Source: Antedon mediterranea (Eukaryota > Animalia > Echinodermata). Taken from it: a DNA stretch of 64,000 bases. Of the stretch, positions 13,346-25,676 are shown piece after piece (position 1 is the first letter of the stretch; every line of letters begins with the position of its first letter). The translations under genes were made by a program, and so were the position numbers. The notes below the pieces were generated by a model. It saw only the letters and a list, made by a program, of their open reading frames with translations. It did no database searches and had not been told where the DNA came from. The stretch is from positions 822,422-886,421 of the forward strand of contig NC_092678.1 in assembly GCF_964355755.1 (NCBI RefSeq). Direction: 5' to 3'.

Positions 13346-14665
13346 TTAAAGTCCTGATAACGAACATTATTTTATCAATATATGCACATTTATCTGATAA
13401 TAACCAAAACAAATGCATGTTAACACTTCATGAATATTCATATGTATTAACAGCTGTTAATATAACAATAAAGCTACTAAATCTATATTCTGATACTGTA
13501 CTTTTTGTATGCGTTCATGCATAAATAAACTAAATGTTTAAGTTGTAAAATTTCATTTTGTAAAATGTATAGCCAAAAGGTCAATTAAAAACACTAAAAC
13601 ATATTCTTATTTATATTGTAATTTTTACGAATAAATTAATCTATGTAAATAATATTTATCTTCTTTATTCCTAGAATGACACATTAAAAGTCAAATGCAA
13701 TTTATTTTTATTGTTATTTCTGGATTACGTTCTCACTTAAGTGAGAGGGAGAGACACACCTCACATGGAATAAAACAAATTGTATGGCAAGCCGTATGAC
13801 TAATAACACATTGATTGGGAATTACTACATTATTGTCTTATGAATTCGGAGAAAAGCAGTCTAATATAGTAGTTCTTCAAGGTGTAAATATTACAAATAA
13901 ATTAGCAATTAAATGTAATAGGTAGAAGACAAGTAAAGAGTCATGAAATATTAATGTTGATTAATGGCTGAATTTATCTGAGTTATCTAGGTTGTAGGTC
14001 TAGGTAATTCAAACAATTAAAGATGTATTTTCCCCAAAAAACATGAAAAATAAAGATTAATTAAACCAGATTTTGAATAGGTTATTTTATAGTTTTACAT
14101 AATAAAGTTAATTAATCACTTCCTTAGAAAATAAATATTATAAAATGACAAAATAGATTAAATTCAACCAAAAATCCATTGGCTGGCAGTCAATTTTTTG
14201 CTTTAAATTACAGGTTTTCAGGTAAAATTAGTTTTCTGACCTCATTTTTGGTGAAAGTGGATAAATATTATGTTACATTCAAATAGCATATTAACATTAT
14301 TTTTTTTTCAGGGTGACAACATTATCTTTAAGACTTTCCATATTAAAAAGTTGGTACAGTACTTTCCCTCTCTTGACAAAAAGAACAACATGAACAAATC
14401 TAACTTTTATTAGTTCTGAAGAGGTGAAGTACAACAGCCTAAATACAAGTAACATACCTATGAACAAAGGTTATACCAAAGCTCTTACTTATCATTCCCA
14501 GGGTGCTATTCAGTTTATACCACCATGCTTTATACACCAAGGAATGCAATTGACGTCGACGCCCACCATCCAATGATTGAACTTTTTTTAGAGCACAATT
14601 ACAGTCCAATATGAACATATTTTTTTTAGCAATTTTTATAAAAACGGTTATTCAGCGTTATGTAA

Positions 14666-15397
14666 CAGTGATGTAGCCACAAGAAATAATGTGGTGCGGT
14701 TTTCGCAAGAAAAGGGAACAATCTCTGTTCAAGCCATTGGGTTGAAAAGGGAACAATCTCTGTTCAAGCCATTGGGTTGAAAAGGGAACAATCTCTGTTC
14801 AAGCCATTGGGTTGAAATCGGAACAATCTCTGTTCAAGCCATTGGGTTGAAAAGGGAACAATCTCTGTTCAAGCCATTGGGTTGAAAAGGGAACAATCTC
14901 TGTTCAAGCCATTGGGTTGAAAAGGGAACAATCTCTGTTCAAGCCATTGGGTTGAAAAGGGAACAATCTCTGTTCAAGCCATTGGGTTGAAAAGGGAACA
15001 ATCTCTGTTCAAGCCATTGGGTTGAAATCGGAACAATCTCTCAAGCCATTGGGTTGAAAAGGGAACAATCTCTGTTCAAGGCATTGGGTTGAAAAGGGAA
15101 CAATCTCTGTTCAAGCCACTGGGTTGAAATCGGAACAATCTCTCAAGCCATTGGGTTGAAAAGGGAACAATCTCTGTTCAAGGCATTGGGTTGAAAAGGG
15201 AACAATCTCTGTTCAAGCCACTGGGTTGAAATCGGAACAATCTCTCAAGCCATTGGGTTGAAAAGGGAACAATCTCTGTTCAAGCCATTGGGTTGAAAAG
15301 GGAACAATCTCTGTTCAAGGCACAGGGTTGTCAAAGGCCTCTGTGTAAAGGTGGTCAGGTTGAAACCTTACCAACTGTACTGGTGGCTACATCCCTG
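14666..15397. mobile_element. hAT-like MITE (TIR cagtgatgtagccac / gtggctacatccctg) carrying a 35-bp minisatellite (about 17 copies, 14709-15330)
   Basis: 15-bp TIRs with one mismatch. The unit is gaaaagggaacaatctctgttcaagccattgggtt. Confidence 0.75.
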
Positions 15398-16611
15398 TTG
15401 TAACATGAACCATTTTAACATAGTTTAATACCCATCTCAAGAAGTAAACTGCTTGGTATTGCCACACCACTCATGATGACAGATGTACTTGAAGGATGTT
15501 TTGACAACAAAGTAGGTAGTAAGTATTAAGTAACATGTACTTTTCAACATAAATCATGTAATAAATATTTATTTCAGAATACTAAGAAGATACAATGTTC
15601 TCTTATATGTAGGAATAAAATATCTCAAAATATTGATATTAGAATGTGAAGCGCCTTTTGATCAATTGTATTATTATTATCATTAACTTCTAAAAAACAC
15701 ACATCACCACATTGATTTACTGTTTGTGGAGTAGTGATACCAAATATTCATTTCAATTTAGTTTGCGAAGTAAAACAGTCGTTTTCTAACCTATTGTGAA
15801 GTGCAAACTGTTATTGTACTCAAATTCTATATTATTTGTTTGACTGCTGTTTTGTTTCTATTATTTACTTTTATGAAATTTTCTACTTAAAAAAAAAAAG
15901 TGATGTAGGCCTAATCAGAGTATAAAGAATGAATAAAACAAGTTATTTTGCATTAATTCAACATAAACAGACCTTGGCAAACATCGCATCCTATCTTACA
16001 GAAATTTTAATTATTATTATATTGATGTTAAAAATGTTTAAATAAACTCCATTGTCTATTTTATACAGGAAATCTCAAACAATGCTATATTGATCAGACA
16101 AAACTCAGTCATGCGTGCAGACAATAGTTAACAAACTAAAAAGACAATTAATTGTTAGGAAACACAACTGCAGTATGGAAGATTGATGATTGTACTGCAG
16201 TATGTTGAATACAGCAGTAATATAGCAAAGGGTGGTTCCTACGTTTTTCCAAGGCCAGCCACAGTGTGAGTCAGAGTTGATTGCCATTGTTAAATATACA
16301 GTCTTACTTTGTAGTAACAGCAGCCCCCACGTACTACACGCAGATTGTGCTGCAGATATTAATAATATCATAACAGACACTGATTCATTTTATAATTACT
16401 GTATTATGTTGATTAAAGGGGTTTATGAAAGGGTGGAGTTTACATTACTCATCAAATATACTCTACGTCGATGGTTACACCCTTTTTTTTAAATTCATAA
16501 TTTATGAATTATTTAGTCTTTTTTTAATTACACTTTTATGAAGATATTTTGCATATATGTATATATGTTTTGACTATTTGAATTGTGGTGGTATACGGTA
16601 CATTATTAATG

Positions 16612-16768
16612 AAATATATTATCCCTATCAAATATATCAAATATATTATCCCTATCAAATATATCAAATATATTATCCCTATCAAATATATCAAATATAT
16701 TATCCCTATCAAATATATCAAATATATTATCCCTATCAAATATATCAAATATATTATTCCTATCAAAT
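16612..16768. repeat. 27-bp minisatellite (aaatatattatccctatcaaatatatc), about 6 copies
   Basis: Tandem repetition. Confidence 0.9.
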
Positions 16769-18318
16769 CTTCTTGTTACATCCTCTTTTTTTATTAATTG
16801 CTTCCTTATTTGGATTGAATAATATTTTTTAATGAATGTTTCTAATAAAATAATTCGGCAAAATTGATTGGGGATTTAAAAGTAATTCATTGTTTCCTTG
16901 CTTCTACAAATTATTAACATTCGTCAAAAAGGAAATAGCAGCTATAGAGTGCAAGACAGTGCAAAAGTAACATGCATTATGTAATCAAGAGAACTTCAGG
17001 TGTATAAAATGTATACACCCAATACATACAGTATATATATATTATATGCCAACCATTGTTATCATATAATATTTTTGGTCAATAAATGTTTCTTGAATTG
17101 AATGTTTGTTTTATATATTTAGTCAAATTGCCAAATCGACTTGTCCCAGGACTCTTGGATTGGTAGGCAAGCATAACCACTAAGTCATAACATGCAGGAA
17201 ATGAATAGATTTCCTCTGTGGTCTTAGCAAAACATTACAACAGCAATAGAACATTTATATAATAGATTAAAATGGCATTTTGTTATTGATATGCCGTGCA
17301 AAATATATGTACGTAACAATTTAACGTCATAGCAAAGCATCAGGCAGGTGTACATACATGTATGTCATTAAAACATACAATATCAATGTCATTAAAAAAC
17401 ATGTAAAAAATATCAAAAACAAAGTGACATTACATACCTACAGGTAATACATTGATAAGCTTATATAAAGGATTTGTTTTTGATTTTTGTAAAAGGGTGG
17501 TAAAAGAGGTGGTTTAAAGATCTCGCAAATTATTGTTAGATACAGTTTCCGGAACAAAGTGAACTTGAATAAAACCAAGGAAATGAAGATGATACCAATT
17601 TCATAAAAAGAGTTGAATAACCTATATTTACACTAAATTAATTGAAGTATCAATGAAAATCATCAAACAATCATGAACAATAAAAGGTGATTCATAAGAT
17701 CACATGACGTAGTGCGTGAGTCACGTTCAATGCCGATAAAGACTTAAGGGGAATAACAAACTAGTTAACATTCATCTTATCTTATATTTGGTGAATATTT
17801 ATAGAATTAGAAACATACGAAAGAAAGATTATTAGATCTGCCAGTCACATGATGTTTAAGTCACATTTAAACATGTCGTGTTAAAGATATATTGTTCCTT
17901 GAAAAAAATAATGTTGTCAACATTTTTTGTTGAATATGCAATTTTAATGTCACATAATAGTTAAATCCATTTTGACCAAAAATTGGATGGGAAAAAAATG
18001 TATTTATCTGAAAAAAAAATGTAATTTAAAGCAAAAAATTGTTTTTGGTTGAATTTAACCATTTATTTTGTCATTTTACAAGAAAAAATTGTTTTTTATA
18101 AATTTTTTTCTACTGAAGGGATTAACTTTATTAAAACTACAAAATAAATATTGAAAGTATTATTAAATTAATCTTCATTTTAGATTAAAATGGCTATTTG
18201 TTATTGATATGCCATGCAAAATATATACGTAACAATTTAACGTCATAACAAAGCATTATGCAGGTGTACATACAATATGTACAATATATATTATTAATGT
18301 CATTTAAAAACATTAAAA

Positions 18319-18841
18319 ACTAGAGGGTACTCCGAGAGTACAAACCTCCGCCTACTGTAAAATTCCTCTACATAAAATGCCCCCTGAATATTTTTTTTTA
18401 ACATTTTTTTGTATTAGTTCTAAGTGTAAATATGTTAACTGCACACTACAAAGTTGTGGATGACAGTGTGGTGTAATGGTTATGTATCCAGCCTCTCACA
18501 GTTGAGGTCGCTGGTTCAAGCCCCACTGAGGGTTTTTTTTTTTTATTATTTTTTTATTTTTTATTTTTGGTGGACCTTGATCTTTGACCCTGACCCTTCA
18601 AAATGTAACCACAATTATATGATGTGTCATTGATCATTGTGGCTAAGTTTGGTGAGAATCGGATCAAAACTGTGGTCTCTAGACAGTAAAATAGTTTTTT
18701 GTTAGTTGTGACCTTGACCTATGACCTTTCCCCCTCAAATTCGAACTCGTCCGAGCTTTTTGGGCATAGATCATTGTGTCCAAATTTGGTTAGAATCGGA
18801 TAAAAACTGTGGCCTCCAGGCTGTTCACAGACACACACACA

Positions 18842-18877
<36 letters not shown>

Positions 18878-18922
18878 CACAAACATACAGGGGTGAAAAC
18901 ATAACCTCCTTGGCGGAGGTAA
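18319..18922 (-). mobile_element. Non-autonomous Helentron-type element (HINE/DINE-1-like) with (CA)n microsatellite and an internal tRNA-like segment
   Basis: On the minus strand: 5' ttacctccgccaaggagg (subTIR plus palindrome), 3' ggcggaggt subTIR, gtactctcggagtac hairpin, then ctag. The paralogous block near 17265-17435 shows the empty site (aaaaacaaagtgacattacat). Confidence 0.8.
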
Positions 18923-19479
18923 CAAAGTGTCATTACATAAGTGTGTAATACATTGATATTCTTTAAAAGGATTTTTTTTGGGGACAATAATATCCCGACT
19001 TGGAATGAAATCAATGCTTTAAAAAAATAGGTGTATTCACATTTTTTCATTTTAGATATTTTGTGAGTATTATTAATAATAGATTTAGAAATATCAATGC
19101 AAAGATTCTTCTCATTAATAAAATGAATGTGTGACTCACGATCACAATGTCACGATCGCAAAATAATAAATCTTACACAGACTCATGGGAAAACTATGTT
19201 TCATCAGAGTATCTTTAACATTCAATGATTAATTACGCTTTTTTTCCAAAAATGATTCAGAAAGGAATAAATTGTGAGATGAGTCAGAGCTTCAGCCATG
19301 AAAGTAACTATGATTGATGAAGGGTGGATAGACTTCTCTGAAATGTCTATAAAGTTTGCAAAAAATATAATGCTGCAAAGGAAAGGATGAGCTGAGATCA
19401 GTTCAAGCTTAAAACAAGTTGATACACCATAAATGGCGACCGCAACCACATCAAACATTCTTAATAAATTTACAATAAA

Positions 19480-19635
19480 TACATCCAAAGGCAAATTACT
19501 GAAAAATGACAATGTTGTGGTCTCAATGGAGATACAAAATAAAATAAACAAGGCAGCTAAATCAAAACAATAAAGTAAAACAGCCAGAAAAATTAACAGA
19601 GCTTTCGGACAACACTAGCCCTTCATCACTGATAC
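19480..19635 (-). mobile_element. Penelope-like element fragment with a degenerate hammerhead ribozyme
   Basis: Reverse-complement homologue of 55785-55945. The core reads gtgatga instead of ctgatga. Confidence 0.6.
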
Positions 19636-20767
19636 TAAATGACATATAGATAAATTTTCAAAAATTGTCTTTCTTGGGAAGATAAGAATTAAAAATGGTA
19701 GAATAAAATTGAATGACTTAATTCCAATATTACATGCATACATTTTTAGAATCCTGAAATTGGGCGTCATTACGATCAACTGACGAAACGCTTCCTATCA
19801 ATCAGGAACTATTATATATATTACTATTGTTTTGTTTCAGAGTTAATTTGTTTTGATATCTACAAAAAAACTTTACCTAAAAACTCTACACGTAACTCTT
19901 TTTTGTCAACACTTAAGGGAGGGAGTAACATAGCATATCTGCTATAGTATACTATAATAAACTGACAACGCCATGATTTACTATATAAATTAATGACATG
20001 GTATAATTGTATTATTTAAATGTTATTATTATCAATAATTTCAGTGACTTAGGTGTGTATTGTGTACCTAGCCCTTTATCAGACATGTACTAATTGGTTA
20101 TGAAGTATAATAGCGCTGCTAAATATAGGTGTAAGTTATTTATGAAAGGCCAAAGTAAATAAAGTTAACAAAAGCACACTTGGCAGGTACTGTATACCTA
20201 ATTGTTACTGTATACCTAATTGTTACTGTATACCTACAGTAATTGTTACTAAATAAAAACCAAATTTTGACACCACTGGCTCACGGTATGGCATGGCTTA
20301 GCGTAAGGGGAGGTGCTCTAGACAAGAATAAGTGAATGGTAGACAGGATGGTGACAGAGGTGTAAGTCAATCCTAATTAGTTATTTAATTATTGGTATTT
20401 TATTATTTAAAATGGGAAATATCGGAAGCTTAATAAGTAAACACAATCATGGACGTCTTTTTATCAATATTTTCATTTCAATCAGATATCACAAAAGCCT
20501 TTCAAAATTGGATTACTACAATACTGTACATATAGAATATTTAAATATTATAATTATTTGATATTTAGAATTCATCTAAAAATTTGTTATTATTTGAATT
20601 CAACCTTGGTTGTGACTGTCATAAAATAAGCCATGGTTACGCTAATCGCCATTTGCAGCTGATCAAAACAAGGTTGCCGTTATGTGACGTTTGGATACTA
20701 CCGGATTAAAATTCAACATGCAGTTAACAAGCAAAAACACAATCATACAGCAGTCTGCTACCACAAA

Positions 20768-21348
20768 ATCAATATGAAATTAATAAACAACATTGATATA
20801 CCGCTATTGCATGCAAGTAACATGGTATGTGATCAATATGAAATTAATAAACAACATTGATATAGCGCTATTGCATTCAAGTAACATGGTATGTGATCAA
20901 TATGAAATTAATAAACAACATTGATACCGCTATTGTATGCAAGTAACATGGTATGTGATCAATATGAAATTAATAAACAACATTGATACCGCTATTGCAT
21001 GCAAGTAACATGGTATGTGATCAATATGAAATTAATAAACAACATTGATATACCGCTATTGTATGCAAGTAACATGGTATGTGATCAATATGAAATTAAT
21101 AAACAACATTGATACCGCTATTGTATGCAAGTAACATGGTATGTGATCAATATGAAATTAATAAACAACATTGATACCGCTATTGCATGCAAGTAACATG
21201 GTATGTGATCAATATGAAATTAATAAACAACATTGATACCGCTATTGTATGCAAGTAACATGGTATGTGATCAATATGAAATTAATAAACAACATTGATA
21301 TACCGCTATTGTATGCAAGTAACATGGTTGCAAGTAACATGGTATGTG
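20768..21348. repeat. 62-64-bp minisatellite, about 9 copies
   Basis: Unit tcaatatgaaattaataaacaacattgat(at)accgctattg(c/t)atgcaagtaacatggtatgtga. Confidence 0.95.
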
Positions 21349-21929
21349 TGACATACAGTAAGAGACTATCGAAAATATTCTATGGCAGTGATGACACCTG
21401 CACATTATTCAAGTACAAGTGTGAATGTTATGAAAATAAAAATTAACTTAAAGCTCTGTCTACACTATCAAACTAGTTTGACAAAAAAGTGTGATGTACT
21501 AAAATATGGTGGTGATATGAAAGCATCATGGGCACATCATATTTTTGTTGTCACATAAAATGTTAGGTTAGGTTAAGCTTTAGGAATCTTTCTTCAGGAA
21601 ATAAAATAAGTTACTTCATAGTTACAATACATTTTATGATTAATAATAATAATAATAATACGTTGATCTTTATCTTAATGCACAAAGCCTCTAAGCGCTA
21701 ATACCCTGGTCATGTTTTGGATCAAACATGTATGGAAACATTACTCACTATAATCTTGCAGCCGTAATCAGCGCAGTTGTGTTTTGCCCTATACCAAGTT
21801 AGTTAGAACTTAGTTAGAACTTAGTTAGAACTTAGTTAGACACCTAGTAAATGAAGATCACAACTTCCGCCAAGTTGACAACAATGAGGTTCAGAAATGA
21901 AATTTTCCCCAAAATAAACAAAAACTAAA

Positions 21930-24900
21930 AGTTATCCTCCTGCATAGGTTACAGCAGTTTTTATAAGTTATCCTGCATAGGTTATAGCAGTTTTATAAGT
22001 TATCCTGCATAGGTTACAGCAGTTTTATAAGTTATCCTGCATAGGTTATAGCAGTTTTATAAGTTATCCTGCATAGGTTATAGCAGTTTTATAAGTTATC
22101 CTGCATAGGTTACAGCAGTTTTATAAGTTATCCTGCATAGGTTACAGCAGTTTTATAAGTTATCCTGCATAGGTTACAGCAGTTTTATAAGTTATCCTGC
22201 ATAGGTTATAGCAGTTTTATAAGTTATCCTGCATAGGTTACAGCAGTTTTATAAGTTATCCTGCATAGGTTACAGCAGTTTTATAAGTTATCCTGCATAG
22301 GTTACAGCAGTTTTATAAGTTATCCTGCATAGGTTATAGCAGTTTTATAAGTTATCCTGCATAGGTTACAGCAGTTTTATAAGTTATCCTGCATAGGTTA
22401 CAGCAGTTTTATAAGTTATCCTGCATAGGTTACAGCAGTTTTATAAGTTATCCTGCATAGGTTATAGCAGTTTTATAAGTTATCCTGCATAGGTTACAGC
22501 AGTTTTATAAGTTATCCTGCATAGGTTACAGCAGTTTTATAAGTTATCCTGCATAGGTTACAGCAGTTTTATAAGTTATCCTGCATAGGTTACAGCAGTT
22601 TTATAAGTTATCCTGCATAGGTTACAGCAGTTTTATAAGTTATCCTGCATAGGTTATAGCAGTTTTATAAGTTATCCTGCATAGGTTACAGCAGTTTTAT
22701 AAGTTATCCTGCATAGGTTACAGCAGTTTTATAAGTTATCCTGCATAGGTTACAGCAGTTTTATAAGTTATCCTGCATAGGTTACAGCAGTTTTATAAGT
22801 TATCCTGCATAGGTTACAGCAGTTTTATAAGTTATCCTGCATAGGTTACAGCAGTTTTATAAGTTATCCTGCATAGGTTATAGCAGTTTTATAAGTTATC
22901 CTGCATAGGTTACAGCAGTTTTATAAGTTATCCTGCATAGGTTATAGCAGTTTTATAAGTTATCCTGCATAGGTTACAGCAGTTTTATAAGTTATCCTGC
23001 ATAGGTTACAGCAGTTTTATAAGTTATCCTGCATAGGTTACAGCAGTTTTATAAGTTATCCTGCATAGGTTACAGCAGTTTTATAAGTTATCCTGCATAG
23101 GTTACAGCAGTTTTATAAGTTATCCTGCATAGGTTATAGCAGTTTTATAAGTTATCCTGCATAGGTTACAGCAGTTTTATAAGTTATCCTGCATAGGTTA
23201 TAGCAGTTTTATAAGTTATCCTGCATAGGTTATAGCAGTTTTATAAGTTATCCTGCATAGGTTACAGCAGTTTTATAAGTTATCCTGCATAGGTTACAGC
23301 AGTTTTATAAGTTATCCTGCATAGGTTACAGCAGTTTTATAAGTTATCCTGCATAGGTTACAGCAGTTTTATAAGTTATCCTGCATAGGTTACAGCAGTT
23401 TTATAAGTTATCCTGCATAGGTTACAGCAGTTTTATAAGTTATCCTGCATAGGTTACAGCAGTTTTATAAGTTATCCTGCATAGGTTATAGCAGTTTTAT
23501 AAGTTATCCTGCATAGGTTACAGCAGTTTTATAAGTTATCCTGCATAGGTTACAGCAGTTTTATAAGTTATCCTGCATAGGTTACAGCAGTTTTATAAGT
23601 TATCCTGCATAGGTTATAGCAGTTTTATAAGTTATCCTGCATAGGTTATAGCAGTTTTATAAGTTATCCTGCATAGGTTACAGCAGTTTTATAAGTTATC
23701 CTGCATAGGTTATAGCAGTTTTATAAGTTATCCTGCATAGGTTACAGCAGTTTTATAAGTTATCCTGCATAGGTTATAGCAGTTTTATAAGTTATCCTGC
23801 ATAGGTTACAGCAGTTTTATAAGTTATCCTGCATAGGTTACAGCAGTTTTATAAGTTATCCTGCATAGGTTACAGCAGTTTTATAAGTTATCCTGCATAG
23901 GTTATAGCAGTTTTATAAGTTATCCTGCATAGGTTACAGCAGTTTTATAAGTTATCCTGCATAGGTTATAGCAGTTTTATAAGTTATCCTGCATAGGTTA
24001 CAGCAGTTTTATAAGTTATCCTGCATAGGTTACAGCAGTTTTATAAGTTATCCTGCATAGGTTATAGCAGTTTTATAAGTTATCCTGCATAGGTTACAGC
24101 AGTTTTATAAGTTATCCTGCATAGGTTATAGCAGTTTTATAAGTTATCCTGCATAGGTTATAGCAGTTTTATAAGTTATCCTGCATAGGTTACAGCAGTT
24201 TTATAAGTTATCCTGCATAGGTTATAGCAGTTTTATAAGTTATCCTGCATAGGTTACAGCAGTTTTATAAGTTATCCTGCATAGGTTATAGCAGTTTTAT
24301 AAGTTATCCTGCATAGGTTACAGCAGTTTTATAAGTTATCCTGCATAGGTTACAGCAGTTTTATAAGTTATCCTGCATAGGTTATAGCAGTTTTATAAGT
24401 TATCCTGCATAGGTTACAGCAGTTTTATAAGTTATCCTGCATAGGTTACAGCAGTTTTATAAGTTATCCTGCATAGGTTACAGCAGTTTTATAAGTTATC
24501 CTGCATAGGTTATAGCAGTTTTATAAGTTATCCTGCATAGGTTACAGCAGTTTTATAAGTTATCCTGCATAGGTTACAGCAGTTTTATAAGTTATCCTGC
24601 ATAGGTTATAGCAGTTTTATAAGTTATCCTGCATAGGTTACAGCAGTTTTATAAGTTATCCTGCATAGGTTATAGCAGTTTTATAAGTTATCCTGCATAG
24701 GTTACAGCAGTTTTATAAGTTATCCTGCATAGGTTACAGCAGTTTTATAAGTTATCCTGCATAGGTTATAGCAGTTTTATAAGTTATCCTGCATAGGTTA
24801 CAGCAGTTTTATAAGTTATCCTGCATAGGTTATAGCAGTTTTATAAGTTATCCTGCATAGGTTACAGCAGTTTTATAAGTTATCCTGCATAGGTTACAGC

Positions 24901-25676
24901 AGTTTTATAAGTTATCCTGCATAGGTTACAGCAGTTTTATAAGTTATCCTGCATAGGTTACAGCAGTTTTATAAGTTATCCTGCATAGGTTATAGCAGTT
25001 TTATAAGTTATCCTGCATAGGTTACAGCAGTTTTATAAGTTATCCTGCATAGGTTACAGCAGTTTTATAAGTTATCCTGCATAGGTTATAGCAGTTTTAT
25101 AAGTTATCCTGCATAGGTTATAGCAGTTTTATAAGTTATCCTGCATAGGTTACAGCAGTTTTATAAGTTATCCTGCATAGGTTATAGCAGTTTTATAAGT
25201 TATCCTGCATAGGTTACAGCAGTTTTATAAGTTATCCTGCATAGGTTATAGCAGTTTTATAAGTTATCCTGCATAGGTTACAGCAGTTTTATAAGTTATC
25301 CTGCATAGGTTACAGCAGTTTTATAAGTTATCCTGCATAGGTTATAGCAGTTTTATAAGTTATCCTGCATAGGTTACAGCAGTTTTATAAGTTATCCTGC
25401 ATAGGTTACAGCAGTTTTATAAGTTATCCTGCATAGGTTACAGCAGTTTTATAAGTTATCCTGCATAGGTTACAGCAGTTTTATAAGTTATCCTGCATAG
25501 GTTACAGCAGTTTTATAAGTTATCCTGCATAGGTTATAGCAGTTTTATAAGTTATCCTGCATAGGTTATAGCAGTTTTATAAGTTATCCTGCATAGGTTA
25601 TAGCAGTTTTATAAGTTATCCTGCATAGGTTACAGCAGTTTTATAAGTTATCCTGCATAGGTTACAGCAGTTTTAT
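21930..25676. repeat. 32-bp satellite/minisatellite array (ataagttatcctgcataggttaYagcagtttt), about 117 copies
   Basis: An uninterrupted tandem array in which essentially only one C/T position varies. Confidence 0.98.

Noticed and set aside
14709-15330. 35-bp partly palindromic repeats resembling a CRISPR array
   Set aside because: Units are contiguous with no unique spacers, there are no cas genes, the context is eukaryotic, and the array lies inside a MITE.
19222-19551. 109-aa ORF adjoining the Penelope-like fragment
   Set aside because: I recognise no RT, GIY-YIG or other motif; it is probably decayed repeat sequence.
21930-25676. 32-bp array as CRISPR or coding repeat
   Set aside because: There are no spacers and no long ORF in the track; it is a simple satellite.
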